Below are positions 9,063 through 17,901 of a stretch of 38,766 bases of DNA, one piece after another. The notes under the pieces are model-generated. The model was not told the DNA's origin and ran no database searches. It worked only from the letters and a program-made list of their open reading frames with translations. The translations under genes were made by a program, and so were the position numbers. Source of the DNA: an uncultured bacterium (GTDB taxonomy: Bacteria > Oederibacteriota > JAAXVQ01 > JAUVAV01); assembly GCA_965371665.1 (NCBI GenBank), contig CBDUZI010000016.1:1-38766 (forward strand). Direction: 5' to 3'. Each line of letters opens with the position of its first letter. The first letter of the stretch is position 1.

Positions 9063-9989
9063 ATGAAGAAAATTTCTTTTGCCGCATTGGCAGCTATTAT
9101 AATTTTATCCGGAGCGGCCCGGAGTTGGGCCGGCGCCGGAGTGAGCGGGGCGCAAATTCTGCAGCAGCTGACCGGCGCCGGGCCGGCCGGGATGGGCGGA
9201 GCTTACACGGCCTGTTCCGGGAGTATATACGCTATGGGGTCCAATCCTGCCGGCTTAAGCGGACTTAAAGCGGGTGAAATCATGTTTATGCATGTCGGAG
9301 GTTTTGAGGGTTTATCCACTGAAATGCTGGCCGGCGCGGTGCCCATACCGGGTTTGGGTACGCTGGGGGTGCAGGCTTTGTATAGTGGCCAGCCGGCGAT
9401 TGACAATGATGTGCCGGGAGAGGAGGCCCTGGAAGTGATGGATCTGGTTTTCGGAGTCAGCTTTGCGCGTACTATAATCAGTAACTTGACTTTGGGGATA
9501 AATGCCCAAGTGGCGAGCATGACTCTGGGGCCAACGGATGCGTCAGTCCTCTCCCTGGATATTGGAACTCAATTCCAATTAAATAAGGGAGTTCAACTGG
9601 GGCTGACGGCCCGTCACCTGGGTACGCCGGTGAAATTTGTAACCGAGGAAGATCCCCTGCCTTTGACCATGGTACTGGGCGCCGGTTTTATCCCACTGGA
9701 TAAAGTTCCCCACCGGTTGATCAGCGCCTTGGATGTTGAGTATTTAGTGCCGGAAGAAAATATGGTGGTTCGGCTGGGCGGGGAATACTGGTTCCAGCGC
9801 ATGCTGGCTCTGCGCATGGGTTATGCCTATTCAGTCCACCGGACCGTAGGTGGGATGTCCCTGGGCATGGGTTTTAAATTTAAGGCCGGCAAGGTAAACC
9901 TGGTTTTGGATTATACTTTCCTGCCGGAATTCTGGGAAGCGGCTGATTTTGCATCGCGAAACCTGGTCAGCCTGGGCGTGATTTTTTAA
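9063..9989 (+). CDS. outer-membrane beta-barrel protein, FadL/PorV-like family
   Basis: 308 aa; signal peptide; N-terminal G.GGAY..A.SGS..A..SNPAGL motif resembling FadL/PorV-type barrels; C-terminal Phe (..SLGVIF) beta-signal; GGAGG RBS. Confidence 0.5.
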   Translation: MKKISFAALAAIIILSGAARSWAGAGVSGAQILQQLTGAGPAGMGGAYTACSGSIYAMGSNPAGLSGLKAGEIMFMHVGGFEGLSTEMLAGAVPIPGLGTLGVQALYSGQPAIDNDVPGEEALEVMDLVFGVSFARTIISNLTLGINAQVASMTLGPTDASVLSLDIGTQFQLNKGVQLGLTARHLGTPVKFVTEEDPLPLTMVLGAGFIPLDKVPHRLISALDVEYLVPEENMVVRLGGEYWFQRMLALRMGYAYSVHRTVGGMSLGMGFKFKAGKVNLVLDYTFLPEFWEAADFASRNLVSLGVIF

Positions 9990-10074
9990 AAAAATGTTGC
10001 ATTTAAATGGAAATTGTTTTACAAAGAATAACTAGTATCTGTTGCGGAAAGGCAATTATGGTTTTTCAAAATAT

Positions 10075-10194
10075 TGTCATTCCGGCATGATTTTAGCCGG
10101 AATCCAGAAAAGCACTGTGATGTAAGCAAAGATACTTCCTGGATACCGGCCTGTCCTGGATGGTTTCGTCCAGGGCTTCCGCCGGTATGACGAG
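10075..10194. repeat. modular palindromic interspersed element (GTCATTCCGGC..GCCGGAATCC hairpin plus CCTGTCCTGGA..GTCCAGGG module)
   Basis: Shares the gtcattcc terminus and cctgtcctgga/tccaggg hairpin module with 2481-2660 and 37831-37980. Confidence 0.7.
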
Positions 10195-10362
10195 CTTAAC
10201 TTATTTTTCCGCAACCAGAACTAACGAGGGTGAAAGAATATAGCTTGCCCACTATTCAATGAAGGCCAGCTTGATCAGTTGGGGAGGGAGGTGGTTGCGA
10301 CGCAAAGTCCGGTAATAGGATGATGTTGAAGTTAAAATAATTTTCAAAAAGGAGGATCAGAC

Positions 10363-12096
10363 GTGAGAAGGTTATTTACTTGGCTTACAATGGTAATTCT
10401 AAGCGGAACCCTTACGGCAGCTTGTTTCGCGCATCAGGATAATTCTTTTACTTTTACATCGACCGCCGGTATGTTTGAGGATGTTTATGATCTCTTCAAA
10501 GCCAGCCCGGCCTATCTTCCCAGCTTTGAAAGAAGCACTCTCTGGGGCCAGCTTTCCAACCTGCAAAACCAAAATGATTTAATGTTTATGGATCCGACAT
10601 GGACATCGGTCAGTAACAATTATTATCTCCTGGGCGGACAGTTAAATATTTTGGGACTGGGCCGCGGCGGTGGTATGGTTGATTGGTTCGGCGCGAGCGT
10701 CCCGCAAGCAGTAACTGATTATAACGGCAATACCGCGAGCGGGCGGGCCGAGAGCACGGAAGTGGCTTCCCGGGATTTGGATAGTGACGGGATTTATGAT
10801 TTCCGGGAGGAGATATACGGGAAAATAGAAAAAATTGATCATAACTATAGCACCGACATCTATGTGGCTTTTGGCATGGGCGGACTGTTTGGGATGGATC
10901 TGGGAGCTGGGGTGCGCGCGGATTGGGACAGCCACCAGCCTTCTTATAATCCCTGCGATACTGCCAATCCTTTTTTCTCTTCCCTCACCAATCATTCTTT
11001 TAATGAGGAAGCCTGGGAACGTCAGTATGATTTAACCAATAATAATGCCGAGCTCTACCGCTGGGACCGGATGGGAACCGGATCCCTGAATTACGGCACT
11101 GCTACCTGGCGCTTGATTCTGGCCGGCCGTTCCAAGAGTTTAATGCCCAACCTGGACCTGGTGGTAAATGCCGGGCCAGTGCTCAGGATTGCCACCAACG
11201 AGTATGAATATGAGTATACGGAAGACCAGGACAGCGCACCCAGCGACCCTGCCACGGGCAATAATAAATCGTTCACAGAGAGCGGCATGGAAGCCGGCAC
11301 AGATGTATATCCCGGTTCGGGTATAGGATTTTTAGCCAATGCCAGGGCGGATTATACTCTTGCCGAAAACCTGCTTTTAACCGCGCAACTGGGTTACACG
11401 CTTATCCCGTACAGCATTTCGGATGCTAAATTAGAACGAAATACCTGGGAACTCAATCGTGCGATGCAAAGGGATGAGCAGACAACAGGCGAAAATTATA
11501 CTTATGAAGGCGATGTGGGATACAGCCTGGCGGAGGTCAAACTGCGCGCGCAATATACGGCGCAGGGCTGGAAACTGGGCATGGGCATTAATGCCAGTAC
11601 CAGCAGTGACACCCGGGAAGTCACCACTAAGTATGAATATAGTAAAACCGACATAGATAGCAATACCGGAGATCCTTCCACGGATTACACTCAGACCATT
11701 ACCGATGGAAGGGAGAGTATTACCAAGTCCACGGATATAACCGACACCCTGGAACTCCCGGTCGGTCTGGTGTTAAACATTGTGAATAAGCTGCCGATCA
11801 GGTTCGGCGCCAAGCATATTATAAAAAGGAAATCCGAGACCGATACTTATGAAGTTACTTCCCGTACGCCGAGAACTACGCATACGGTGTATGGAGACGG
11901 CGTGGTGGATAACACCGTCGCTGATATTTCCGAGTATTCCCATTGGACCGGTTCCAGCCTGACAGTAACGCATCAGAACGTTTTTTATTACGGGCTGACC
12001 TGGTGGCCTTTTGAGGATCTCCAGATCGATGTTGCAAATTTTGCTTATACCGCGTTTTTGTACGAATATAATGTTTCCATAACCTTCCATTTCTAA
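10363..12096 (+). CDS. hypothetical secreted protein, probable large outer-membrane beta-barrel
   Basis: 577 aa; signal peptide (..LTAACFA); Gly/Tyr/Thr/Asn-rich with alternating amphipathic stretches; ends ..VSITFHF (C-terminal aromatic beta-signal); AAGGAGG RBS; no family recognised. Confidence 0.45.
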   Translation: MRRLFTWLTMVILSGTLTAACFAHQDNSFTFTSTAGMFEDVYDLFKASPAYLPSFERSTLWGQLSNLQNQNDLMFMDPTWTSVSNNYYLLGGQLNILGLGRGGGMVDWFGASVPQAVTDYNGNTASGRAESTEVASRDLDSDGIYDFREEIYGKIEKIDHNYSTDIYVAFGMGGLFGMDLGAGVRADWDSHQPSYNPCDTANPFFSSLTNHSFNEEAWERQYDLTNNNAELYRWDRMGTGSLNYGTATWRLILAGRSKSLMPNLDLVVNAGPVLRIATNEYEYEYTEDQDSAPSDPATGNNKSFTESGMEAGTDVYPGSGIGFLANARADYTLAENLLLTAQLGYTLIPYSISDAKLERNTWELNRAMQRDEQTTGENYTYEGDVGYSLAEVKLRAQYTAQGWKLGMGINASTSSDTREVTTKYEYSKTDIDSNTGDPSTDYTQTITDGRESITKSTDITDTLELPVGLVLNIVNKLPIRFGAKHIIKRKSETDTYEVTSRTPRTTHTVYGDGVVDNTVADISEYSHWTGSSLTVTHQNVFYYGLTWWPFEDLQIDVANFAYTAFLYEYNVSITFHF

Positions 12097-12117
12097 AGAG
12101 AGGAGCGTGACCCAATT

Positions 12118-13500
12118 ATGAAAAAAATCTTTACCGGTTTGCTAATGATCGGTCTTTGCGGCATGGGAGCCGTTTATTTGATCTCTTGCGCCAAGCTGCA
12201 AAGCCCGATAAGTCCGGATACCAGCCTGATCGGAGTGGGGAATTCCCAGGCCGCCAGAATACCTCAAGCCAGCATAGTGGATACTACTTTACTGACGACA
12301 CAAACCCTTTATGTTGATTTTGATATGGCCATGGATCCTGCCAGTTTTAATTCCTCGACCGTACTGGTTTACCAGATGTCCGATACAGTCAATACCACGG
12401 AAACCCAATATACCGGTATTTCCATCAGTTATGACGCGACGCTCAAGCGCCTGAAAGTAGGAAGTACTGCCGGCACCGGGTGGGATGACAACCGGTATTA
12501 CCGTGTTCACGTGACCACCGGCGTCAAAAGCGCCGCCGGCCAGCAGTTGGACGGAAATAAAAACGAAATACCGGAAAGCAGTGCATTCGACAATTATAAT
12601 GCGCAATTTGCAGTGGGAACGCCGGTGAGCGGAATTTACACTCTGAGTCCGATAAATATCGCAATCGCCGCTATTGAAGCGGGAGGTAATCCCCCTGATT
12701 TCACATTGACTTCAAGCAATGTCGGTAATGTATCGGTGGCCTATGGTTATGTGACTATTACCGTTGTTTTCAATTATGATGTCGACCAGTCCACCATATT
12801 TGTGGATGCTGCGACGCTGCACACCAATTTCAGCCTGGTTAATGACATAACCGGATCTCCGGTAAGTCCGGTACAGGTTAGTATCACGGCTCCTAATACT
12901 GTTCAGGGTATTTTCCAATTAGCCGGAAACACGCGTTATAAGCTGACTGTCAGGGGCGGAGCCTCTGGTATACGCTCTTCCCAGGATACCGCACAAGCGT
13001 TGCTGCGAGGCCGGTATTTTGGTGGAGAAGATACTACGGCCGAGGCCGCGGATGACCTGATCCGTTATATTTATACTATGACTGATGGAGGTGTGTCCAC
13101 AGCTCCGCCGAGTGTTGGCGGAACATTATACAGCGTGGGCAGCCGTAGATTTACAATAAGCTTCAACATTCCTTCCCCTGGCGGGCAGATGAGCGCTGCC
13201 AGTTTGACAACGGCTAATTTGAAGCTGATAGGAACCTATAATACGGAAACATACAATATCCAGCCGAAAGCGATAGTAATTGCGGCAAATCTGGCATCGG
13301 TTGAAATTTATGTCCCTGATTCATTTTACCCGGCTACCGGGACCAGCTCTCCCGCTCCCGATGTAGATGTTCGGGTGAAGGTCAGCCGTAATGTCATGTC
13401 TGCGGAAGGGTATTATTTGGACAGTGATGGAGACGGCGTCGGAGGGCAGGAGGATGACGATTATCTAAGTGGTGGATATACAGTGATTTCTCAGAAATAG
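12118..13500 (+). CDS. surface lipoprotein with repeated bacterial Ig-like (SbsA/Big_5-like) domains
   Basis: 460 aa; lipoprotein signal peptide with lipobox L-I-S-C; segments like LYVDFDMAMDPASFNSSTVLVY..Y.VHVTTGVKSAAGQQLDGN resemble SbsA-type Ig-like domains; acidic DSDGDGVGGQEDDDY tail. Confidence 0.55.
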   Translation: MKKIFTGLLMIGLCGMGAVYLISCAKLQSPISPDTSLIGVGNSQAARIPQASIVDTTLLTTQTLYVDFDMAMDPASFNSSTVLVYQMSDTVNTTETQYTGISISYDATLKRLKVGSTAGTGWDDNRYYRVHVTTGVKSAAGQQLDGNKNEIPESSAFDNYNAQFAVGTPVSGIYTLSPINIAIAAIEAGGNPPDFTLTSSNVGNVSVAYGYVTITVVFNYDVDQSTIFVDAATLHTNFSLVNDITGSPVSPVQVSITAPNTVQGIFQLAGNTRYKLTVRGGASGIRSSQDTAQALLRGRYFGGEDTTAEAADDLIRYIYTMTDGGVSTAPPSVGGTLYSVGSRRFTISFNIPSPGGQMSAASLTTANLKLIGTYNTETYNIQPKAIVIAANLASVEIYVPDSFYPATGTSSPAPDVDVRVKVSRNVMSAEGYYLDSDGDGVGGQEDDDYLSGGYTVISQK

Positions 13501-13531
13501 TCTCATCCGAAAGTATCTATATTAAATTACT

Positions 13532-13576
13532 AAAAACAGAGGGCTGTCGCGGGTAAAGACAGCCCTCTGTTTTTGC
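13532..13576 (+). terminator. rho-independent terminator (bidirectional hairpin)
   Basis: aaaaacagagggctgtc-gcgggtaaa-gacagccctctgttttt: 12-bp GC-rich stem flanked by an A-tract and a T-tract, just after the lipoprotein gene stop. Confidence 0.75.
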
Positions 13577-13636
13577 CTTCCGCCATTAAATTTTCCGGTT
13601 GAATTTCAACTTATCGGGGATGAGTGTACCAAAACA

Positions 13637-14971
13637 ATGAACCCTTGCATAGTAGCCATAGTCGGTCGTCCTAATGTTGGCAAATCCGCGCTTTTCAACC
13701 GCCTGACCGGTAAAGCCCGGGCCATTGTCGATGATCTGCCCGGTGTGACGCGTGACCGCAACTACGGCCTGGCCGAATGGCTGGGCCGGAAGTATCTGTT
13801 GGTGGATACGGGAGGATTTGAACCCAATTGTTCGGATAACATCTTAAGCCAAATCCGGGAACAGGCCAATTTGGCTATGCAGGAAGCCGATGTGATTTTA
13901 ATAGTTGCAGACGGCCGGCAAACGCTTGACAGGGCGGATCGGGAATTGGCAGAACGGCTTAGAGGGACGGGTAAACCCGTATTATTAGCGGTTAATAAAA
14001 TAGATAACCAGGAATTAGAACCCGAAGCGCATAATTTTTGGTCCTTGGGTGTGGGCACGCCTTATCCGGTTTCCGCTTTGCACGGCCGCCGGGTGGATGA
14101 ATTGTTGGATGCCTTGCTCGAGGTTCTGCCGTCCCGAGAGGAGCTTCCGGATAATGAGGAAGACCTGGAGATTAAACTGGCGATCGTGGGCCGGCCCAAT
14201 GTCGGCAAATCTTCCTTGCTGAATTGTATTCTGGGCGAGTCGCGTGTCCTGGTCAGCGATATTCCGGGAACCACCCGTGACTCGGTCTCATCTTTTTTTG
14301 AGTATCAAGACCGGTCTTTCCAGATTCTGGATACTGCGGGGTTGCGGGTCCGGAGCCGGGTAGAGGCGGGGGTGGAGAAGTATTCCGTAATGCGCGCGCT
14401 CCGGAGCATTGAGGAATGTCATGCGGCGGTTTTGCTGCTGGATGCCTCCGTTCCGCTGAGTGAACAGGATGAACGGATCGCGGGTTTTATTCACGAATCC
14501 GGCCGGGCCTGCATCCTGGCGATTAATAAATGGGACTTGATTGAAAAAGATCAGCATACAGTTGACCAATATATGAAAATATTAAGAGCGCGCCTGGCCT
14601 TTATGGAATATGCTCCCAGTCTTACTTTGTCCGCCAAAACCGGACAGCGGGTCAACCGCTTGCTGGAGATGGCGATGCAGGTGGATGAACAGCATAAAGT
14701 GCGCATCAAAACCAGTTTGCTAAATAAAGCGCTTCAGGATATTATTCATAAGCATCCCGCGCCCTCGCGCCGCGGCCGGGTGCTTAAGCTGAAATTTCTT
14801 ACCCAGACCGGGGTGCGGCCTCCGTCCTTTGCGTTGTTCGTTAATGAGGCGCGGCGCATGCATTTTGCTTACTTGCGTCATATCAAGAACAGCCTGCGCG
14901 CCCGTTTTGGGTTTCAAGGCACTCCGTTGATTGTTATGCTGCGGGAAGTGAAGGGAGCAAGACATGATTGA
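13637..14971 (+). CDS. der: ribosome-biogenesis GTPase Der (EngA), tandem GTPase domains plus KH-like domain
   Basis: 444 aa; two G-domains (GRPNVGKS x2, DTGG/DTAG, NKID/NKWD). Confidence 0.9.
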   Translation: MNPCIVAIVGRPNVGKSALFNRLTGKARAIVDDLPGVTRDRNYGLAEWLGRKYLLVDTGGFEPNCSDNILSQIREQANLAMQEADVILIVADGRQTLDRADRELAERLRGTGKPVLLAVNKIDNQELEPEAHNFWSLGVGTPYPVSALHGRRVDELLDALLEVLPSREELPDNEEDLEIKLAIVGRPNVGKSSLLNCILGESRVLVSDIPGTTRDSVSSFFEYQDRSFQILDTAGLRVRSRVEAGVEKYSVMRALRSIEECHAAVLLLDASVPLSEQDERIAGFIHESGRACILAINKWDLIEKDQHTVDQYMKILRARLAFMEYAPSLTLSAKTGQRVNRLLEMAMQVDEQHKVRIKTSLLNKALQDIIHKHPAPSRRGRVLKLKFLTQTGVRPPSFALFVNEARRMHFAYLRHIKNSLRARFGFQGTPLIVMLREVKGARHD

Positions 14972-15614
14972 AGATTGGTTTTTAATTGGGCTGGCAATAT
15001 TGTCCGGCTATTTGCTTGGTTCGCTGCCCACGGCTTATTTATATGGCCGGCTGCGCGGCGTTGATATTCGCACCCAAGGTTCCGGAAATCCGGGCGCCAC
15101 CAATGTCGCGCGTTTATTTGGAATGCCGTCCGGAATTATGGTACTATTGGTGGATGTTGGCAAGGGATTTGCCGCGGCTTATTGGCTTTCCCGCTGGACC
15201 CCCTATCCGGCATCGGATTTAATTCGCGTGGGCTGCGGTCTGGCCGCGATTTTTGGGCATACTTTTACTCCTTTCTTGAAATTTAAGGGCGGAAAAGGGG
15301 TGGCTGCCACTTACGGGGTTTTATTGGGGTTGGCCCCCATTGCCACTATCATGGTTTTTATAGCCTTTGCCGGGGTAGTGGCCGGGACTCGCTATATCTC
15401 GGCCGGGTCTTTGGTTTCCGCGTTCTTATTCCCGCTCTTGATTTGGCTGGTGGGTGAATCCGGCTACGGTTTTTCCATTTTGATTTTATCCGTAATTATC
15501 GGGACGGTGATTATTATCCTGCATCGTGGTAATATTGATCGTATAATTTCCGGAACGGAAAACCGGCTGGGCCAGCGGATACCGGTTAAGCCGGAAAAAA
15601 ATCACCATGGATAG
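14964..15614 (+). CDS. plsY: glycerol-3-phosphate acyltransferase PlsY
   Basis: 216 aa; polytopic membrane protein with the PlsY GSGNPGATN motif; overlaps der by 8 nt. Confidence 0.9.
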   Translation: MIEDWFLIGLAILSGYLLGSLPTAYLYGRLRGVDIRTQGSGNPGATNVARLFGMPSGIMVLLVDVGKGFAAAYWLSRWTPYPASDLIRVGCGLAAIFGHTFTPFLKFKGGKGVAATYGVLLGLAPIATIMVFIAFAGVVAGTRYISAGSLVSAFLFPLLIWLVGESGYGFSILILSVIIGTVIIILHRGNIDRIISGTENRLGQRIPVKPEKNHHG

Positions 15615-16629
15615 ATCAGTGGCCGTTATCGGCGCCGGCGCCTGGGGCACAACCTTGTCCCTGATTCTATCCCGGAAAGGCTGCGCGGTTCATTTATGGG
15701 AATATTTTCCGGATTATGCCCGGCGGCTGGCCGAGTCCCGTGAGAATCCCAAGTTTCTGCCCGGTGTTCGTATCCCGGAAAATGTCAGCATAAGCTCGGA
15801 TATTGAGAAAACGGCGGCGGATTGCCAGGATATAGTTTTAGCGGTTCCCTCGCAGAAATTACGTGCCGTGGTCAAGCGTTTAGCCGGGGCCGGAGTCAAG
15901 CCTAGGCACGTGATTACGGCTTCCAAGGGAATCGAAAGAGGAAGTTTGGCCCGCATGTCCGAGGTAGTGCGCCAGGAATTCGGACCAAGTCCGGAAGTCT
16001 GCGTGCTTTCAGGTCCCAGCCATGCCGAAGAAGTAAGCCGGGGGATGCCCTGTTCTTTGGTAGCGGCTTCTGAAAATAAGGAGACCGCTCTGGCGGTGCA
16101 GGAGTTATTCAGTACCGAGAGCCTGAGGGTATATACCAGCCCGGATGTAGTTGGCGTGGAACTGGGAGGCGCTTTAAAGAATGTTATCGCCCTGGCGGTC
16201 GGGATGGTGGATGGCTTGGGCTTGGGAGATAATTCCAAGGCGGCTCTGATGACACGGGGCCTGACGGAAATAGGACGGCTGGGTAAATCCCTGGGAGCTA
16301 ATTCCGAGACTTTTGCAGGGCTTTCAGGTATCGGTGATTTAATCGTAACCTGCACGAGTCAGCATTCGCGAAACCGCCGGGTGGGAGAAGAAATCGGGCG
16401 CGGCCGCCGATTGGATGAGATTCTGAAGGAAATGGAAATGGTGGCTGAAGGCGTGGAGACCGCGCGGTCGGCCAAACAGCTGGGGGAGAGGATTAAGGTG
16501 GAGCTGCCGATTATTTTTCAAGTTAACCGCATACTTTTTGAGAACATTCCGCCTTGGGAAGCGGTTCGGGATTTGATGGGGCGGCCCCGCAGAACCGAAA
16601 TGGAAGCCGGTTGGCTTTCGGAGGTATGA
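15607..16629 (+). CDS. gpsA: NAD(P)H-dependent glycerol-3-phosphate dehydrogenase
   Basis: 340 aa; N-terminal Rossmann GAGAWGT motif, GpsA core; overlaps plsY by 8 nt. Confidence 0.9.
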   Translation: MDRSVAVIGAGAWGTTLSLILSRKGCAVHLWEYFPDYARRLAESRENPKFLPGVRIPENVSISSDIEKTAADCQDIVLAVPSQKLRAVVKRLAGAGVKPRHVITASKGIERGSLARMSEVVRQEFGPSPEVCVLSGPSHAEEVSRGMPCSLVAASENKETALAVQELFSTESLRVYTSPDVVGVELGGALKNVIALAVGMVDGLGLGDNSKAALMTRGLTEIGRLGKSLGANSETFAGLSGIGDLIVTCTSQHSRNRRVGEEIGRGRRLDEILKEMEMVAEGVETARSAKQLGERIKVELPIIFQVNRILFENIPPWEAVRDLMGRPRRTEMEAGWLSEV

Positions 16630-16630
16630 G

Positions 16631-16939
16631 ATGGGAAAAGACAACCAGACTGTGACCAAAGAGAAACTGGCTTCTAAACTTGCTAAAATCGGACTTTCCC
16701 AGAATCATTCCAGACAAGTAGTAGATTATTTTTTTACACAGCTGGCTCAATCTTTGCGGCGATGCGAGGTTGTTCATCTGGTGGGATTTGGTTCTTTCCA
16801 CTATAAGATTCGGGCTGCCCGCACGGGCAGAAATCCCCGGACCGGACAAAGTGTGCAAGTGCCGGTTAAGCGGGTGATTCAATTCCGGCCCGGCGGCCGG
16901 CTTAAGAGCATGGTGCGCAGAGAAGAAAAGGAGACATGA
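16631..16939 (+). CDS. HU/IHF-family DNA-binding protein (IHF-like)
   Basis: 102 aa; HU/IHF fold (GFGSF..R..R.GRNP.TG....V) with beta-arm RNPRTG. Confidence 0.8.
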   Translation: MGKDNQTVTKEKLASKLAKIGLSQNHSRQVVDYFFTQLAQSLRRCEVVHLVGFGSFHYKIRAARTGRNPRTGQSVQVPVKRVIQFRPGGRLKSMVRREEKET

Positions 16940-17346
16940 TGGCGGGTTCCGGGAAAAAAAGCGATTTAAAAAAAGATAATCACCCGGTGGAAATTCCCGG
17001 AAAAATGTTTTACCAGATTCGCCAAGTCAGTGAAATAACCGGGGTTAAAGCCCATGTACTGCGTTATTGGGAGACGGAATTTCCCCAGTTACGGCCGGAA
17101 AAGGCCAGCACCGGCCAGCGGATTTACCGGGATAAAGATCTTCGTTTGATCCGGCGGATAAAAACCCTGCTCTATGACGAAAAATTTACGATTGCCGGAG
17201 CCAAACGCCGTTTGGCCGGAGAATTGAGGTCGGATAAAGCGCAAATGGATTTAAAATTAGGCTTGCGTGAAAATCAGTTATTGAATACAATCCTAAAGGT
17301 TAAACGCGAACTGCAAAGTCTAATGCAAATGCTTAACCGTTCCTGA
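16936..17346 (+). CDS. MerR-family transcriptional regulator
   Basis: 136 aa; MerR helix-turn-helix (YQIRQVSEITGVKAHVLRYWE..F); 4-nt overlap with the IHF-like gene. Confidence 0.8.
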   Translation: MMAGSGKKSDLKKDNHPVEIPGKMFYQIRQVSEITGVKAHVLRYWETEFPQLRPEKASTGQRIYRDKDLRLIRRIKTLLYDEKFTIAGAKRRLAGELRSDKAQMDLKLGLRENQLLNTILKVKRELQSLMQMLNRS

Positions 17347-17389
17347 GTTTCGCTTCGCGAAAAACAGGAACAACTGAGCAGGAGAATAT

Positions 17390-17465
17390 CGGGGCGTAGC
17401 GCAGTGGCTAGCGCACTCGCTTGGGGTGCGAGTGGTCGGAGGTTCAATTCCTCTCGCCCCGACCA
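17390..17465 (+). tRNA. tRNA-Pro (anticodon GGG)
   Basis: Manual cloverleaf: acceptor cggggcg/cgccccg, D-stem gcgc, anticodon stem ctcgc/gcgag, loop ttGGGgt, T-loop ttcaatt, discriminator A, encoded CCA. Confidence 0.85.
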
Positions 17466-17516
17466 GAACTGGGGAACAAAAGAATTCTGTTGCAAACAAA
17501 CAGACTCCTCCGACCA

Positions 17517-17607
17517 CTGGGGGGAGTGGGGGGGAAATCCCCCCAAGATAAGGGGAGTCAGCGAGCGCAAGCGAGCGCCAGAGGGGGGGGATTACCCCCC
17601 TCTGGGG
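17517..17607. repeat. G/C-hairpin repeat cluster between the two tRNA-Pro genes
   Basis: gggggggaaatcccccc and agagggggggattacccccctct perfect hairpins flanking gcgagcgcaagcgagcgcc. Confidence 0.7.
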
Positions 17608-17621
17608 AGCGAAGCGACGTG

Positions 17622-17653
17622 GGCGTGAGGTTCAATTCCTCGCGCCCCGACCA
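17622..17653 (+). other. tRNA 3'-fragment duplication (T-arm plus 3' acceptor strand of tRNA-Pro)
   Basis: gggcgtgaggttcaattcctcgcgccccgacca matches the 3' part of the tRNA-Pro at 17390-17465 but has no 5' half; followed by the perfect 10-bp hairpin accctgtacc-atgc-ggtacagggt. Confidence 0.6.
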
Positions 17654-17703
17654 ACCCTGTACCATGCGGTACAGGGTTAAAATTATTTAGTTATGAAGAA
17701 TAA

Positions 17704-17779
17704 TCGGGGCGTAGCGCAGGGGCTAGCGCGCCTGCTTCGGGAGCAGGAAGTCGGAGGTTCAATTCCTCTCGCCCCGACC
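17704..17779 (+). tRNA. tRNA-Pro (anticodon CGG)
   Basis: Manual cloverleaf: acceptor cggggcg/cgccccg, anticodon stem cctgc/gcagg, loop ttCGGga, T-loop ttcaatt, CCA encoded; followed at 17790-17808 by another T-arm-like fragment gcgcgaggttcaatt. Confidence 0.85.
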
Positions 17780-17901
17780 AAATTTTCGCCGCAGGCGCGA
17801 GGTTCAATTAAGTGTGTGAAAATGTGATTATGGATAATTATAGCCGAATCGTTTTAAAGCAAATGTTTTTAAAAAGCGATCTATTTTATAAGGCTTAGAG
17901 A

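Noticed and set aside
17404-17690. 74-aa and 89-aa ORFs across the tRNA-Pro region
   Set aside because: They overlap the tRNA genes and the G/C hairpin repeats. The Gly/Arg-rich translations are artefacts of the homopolymer repeats.
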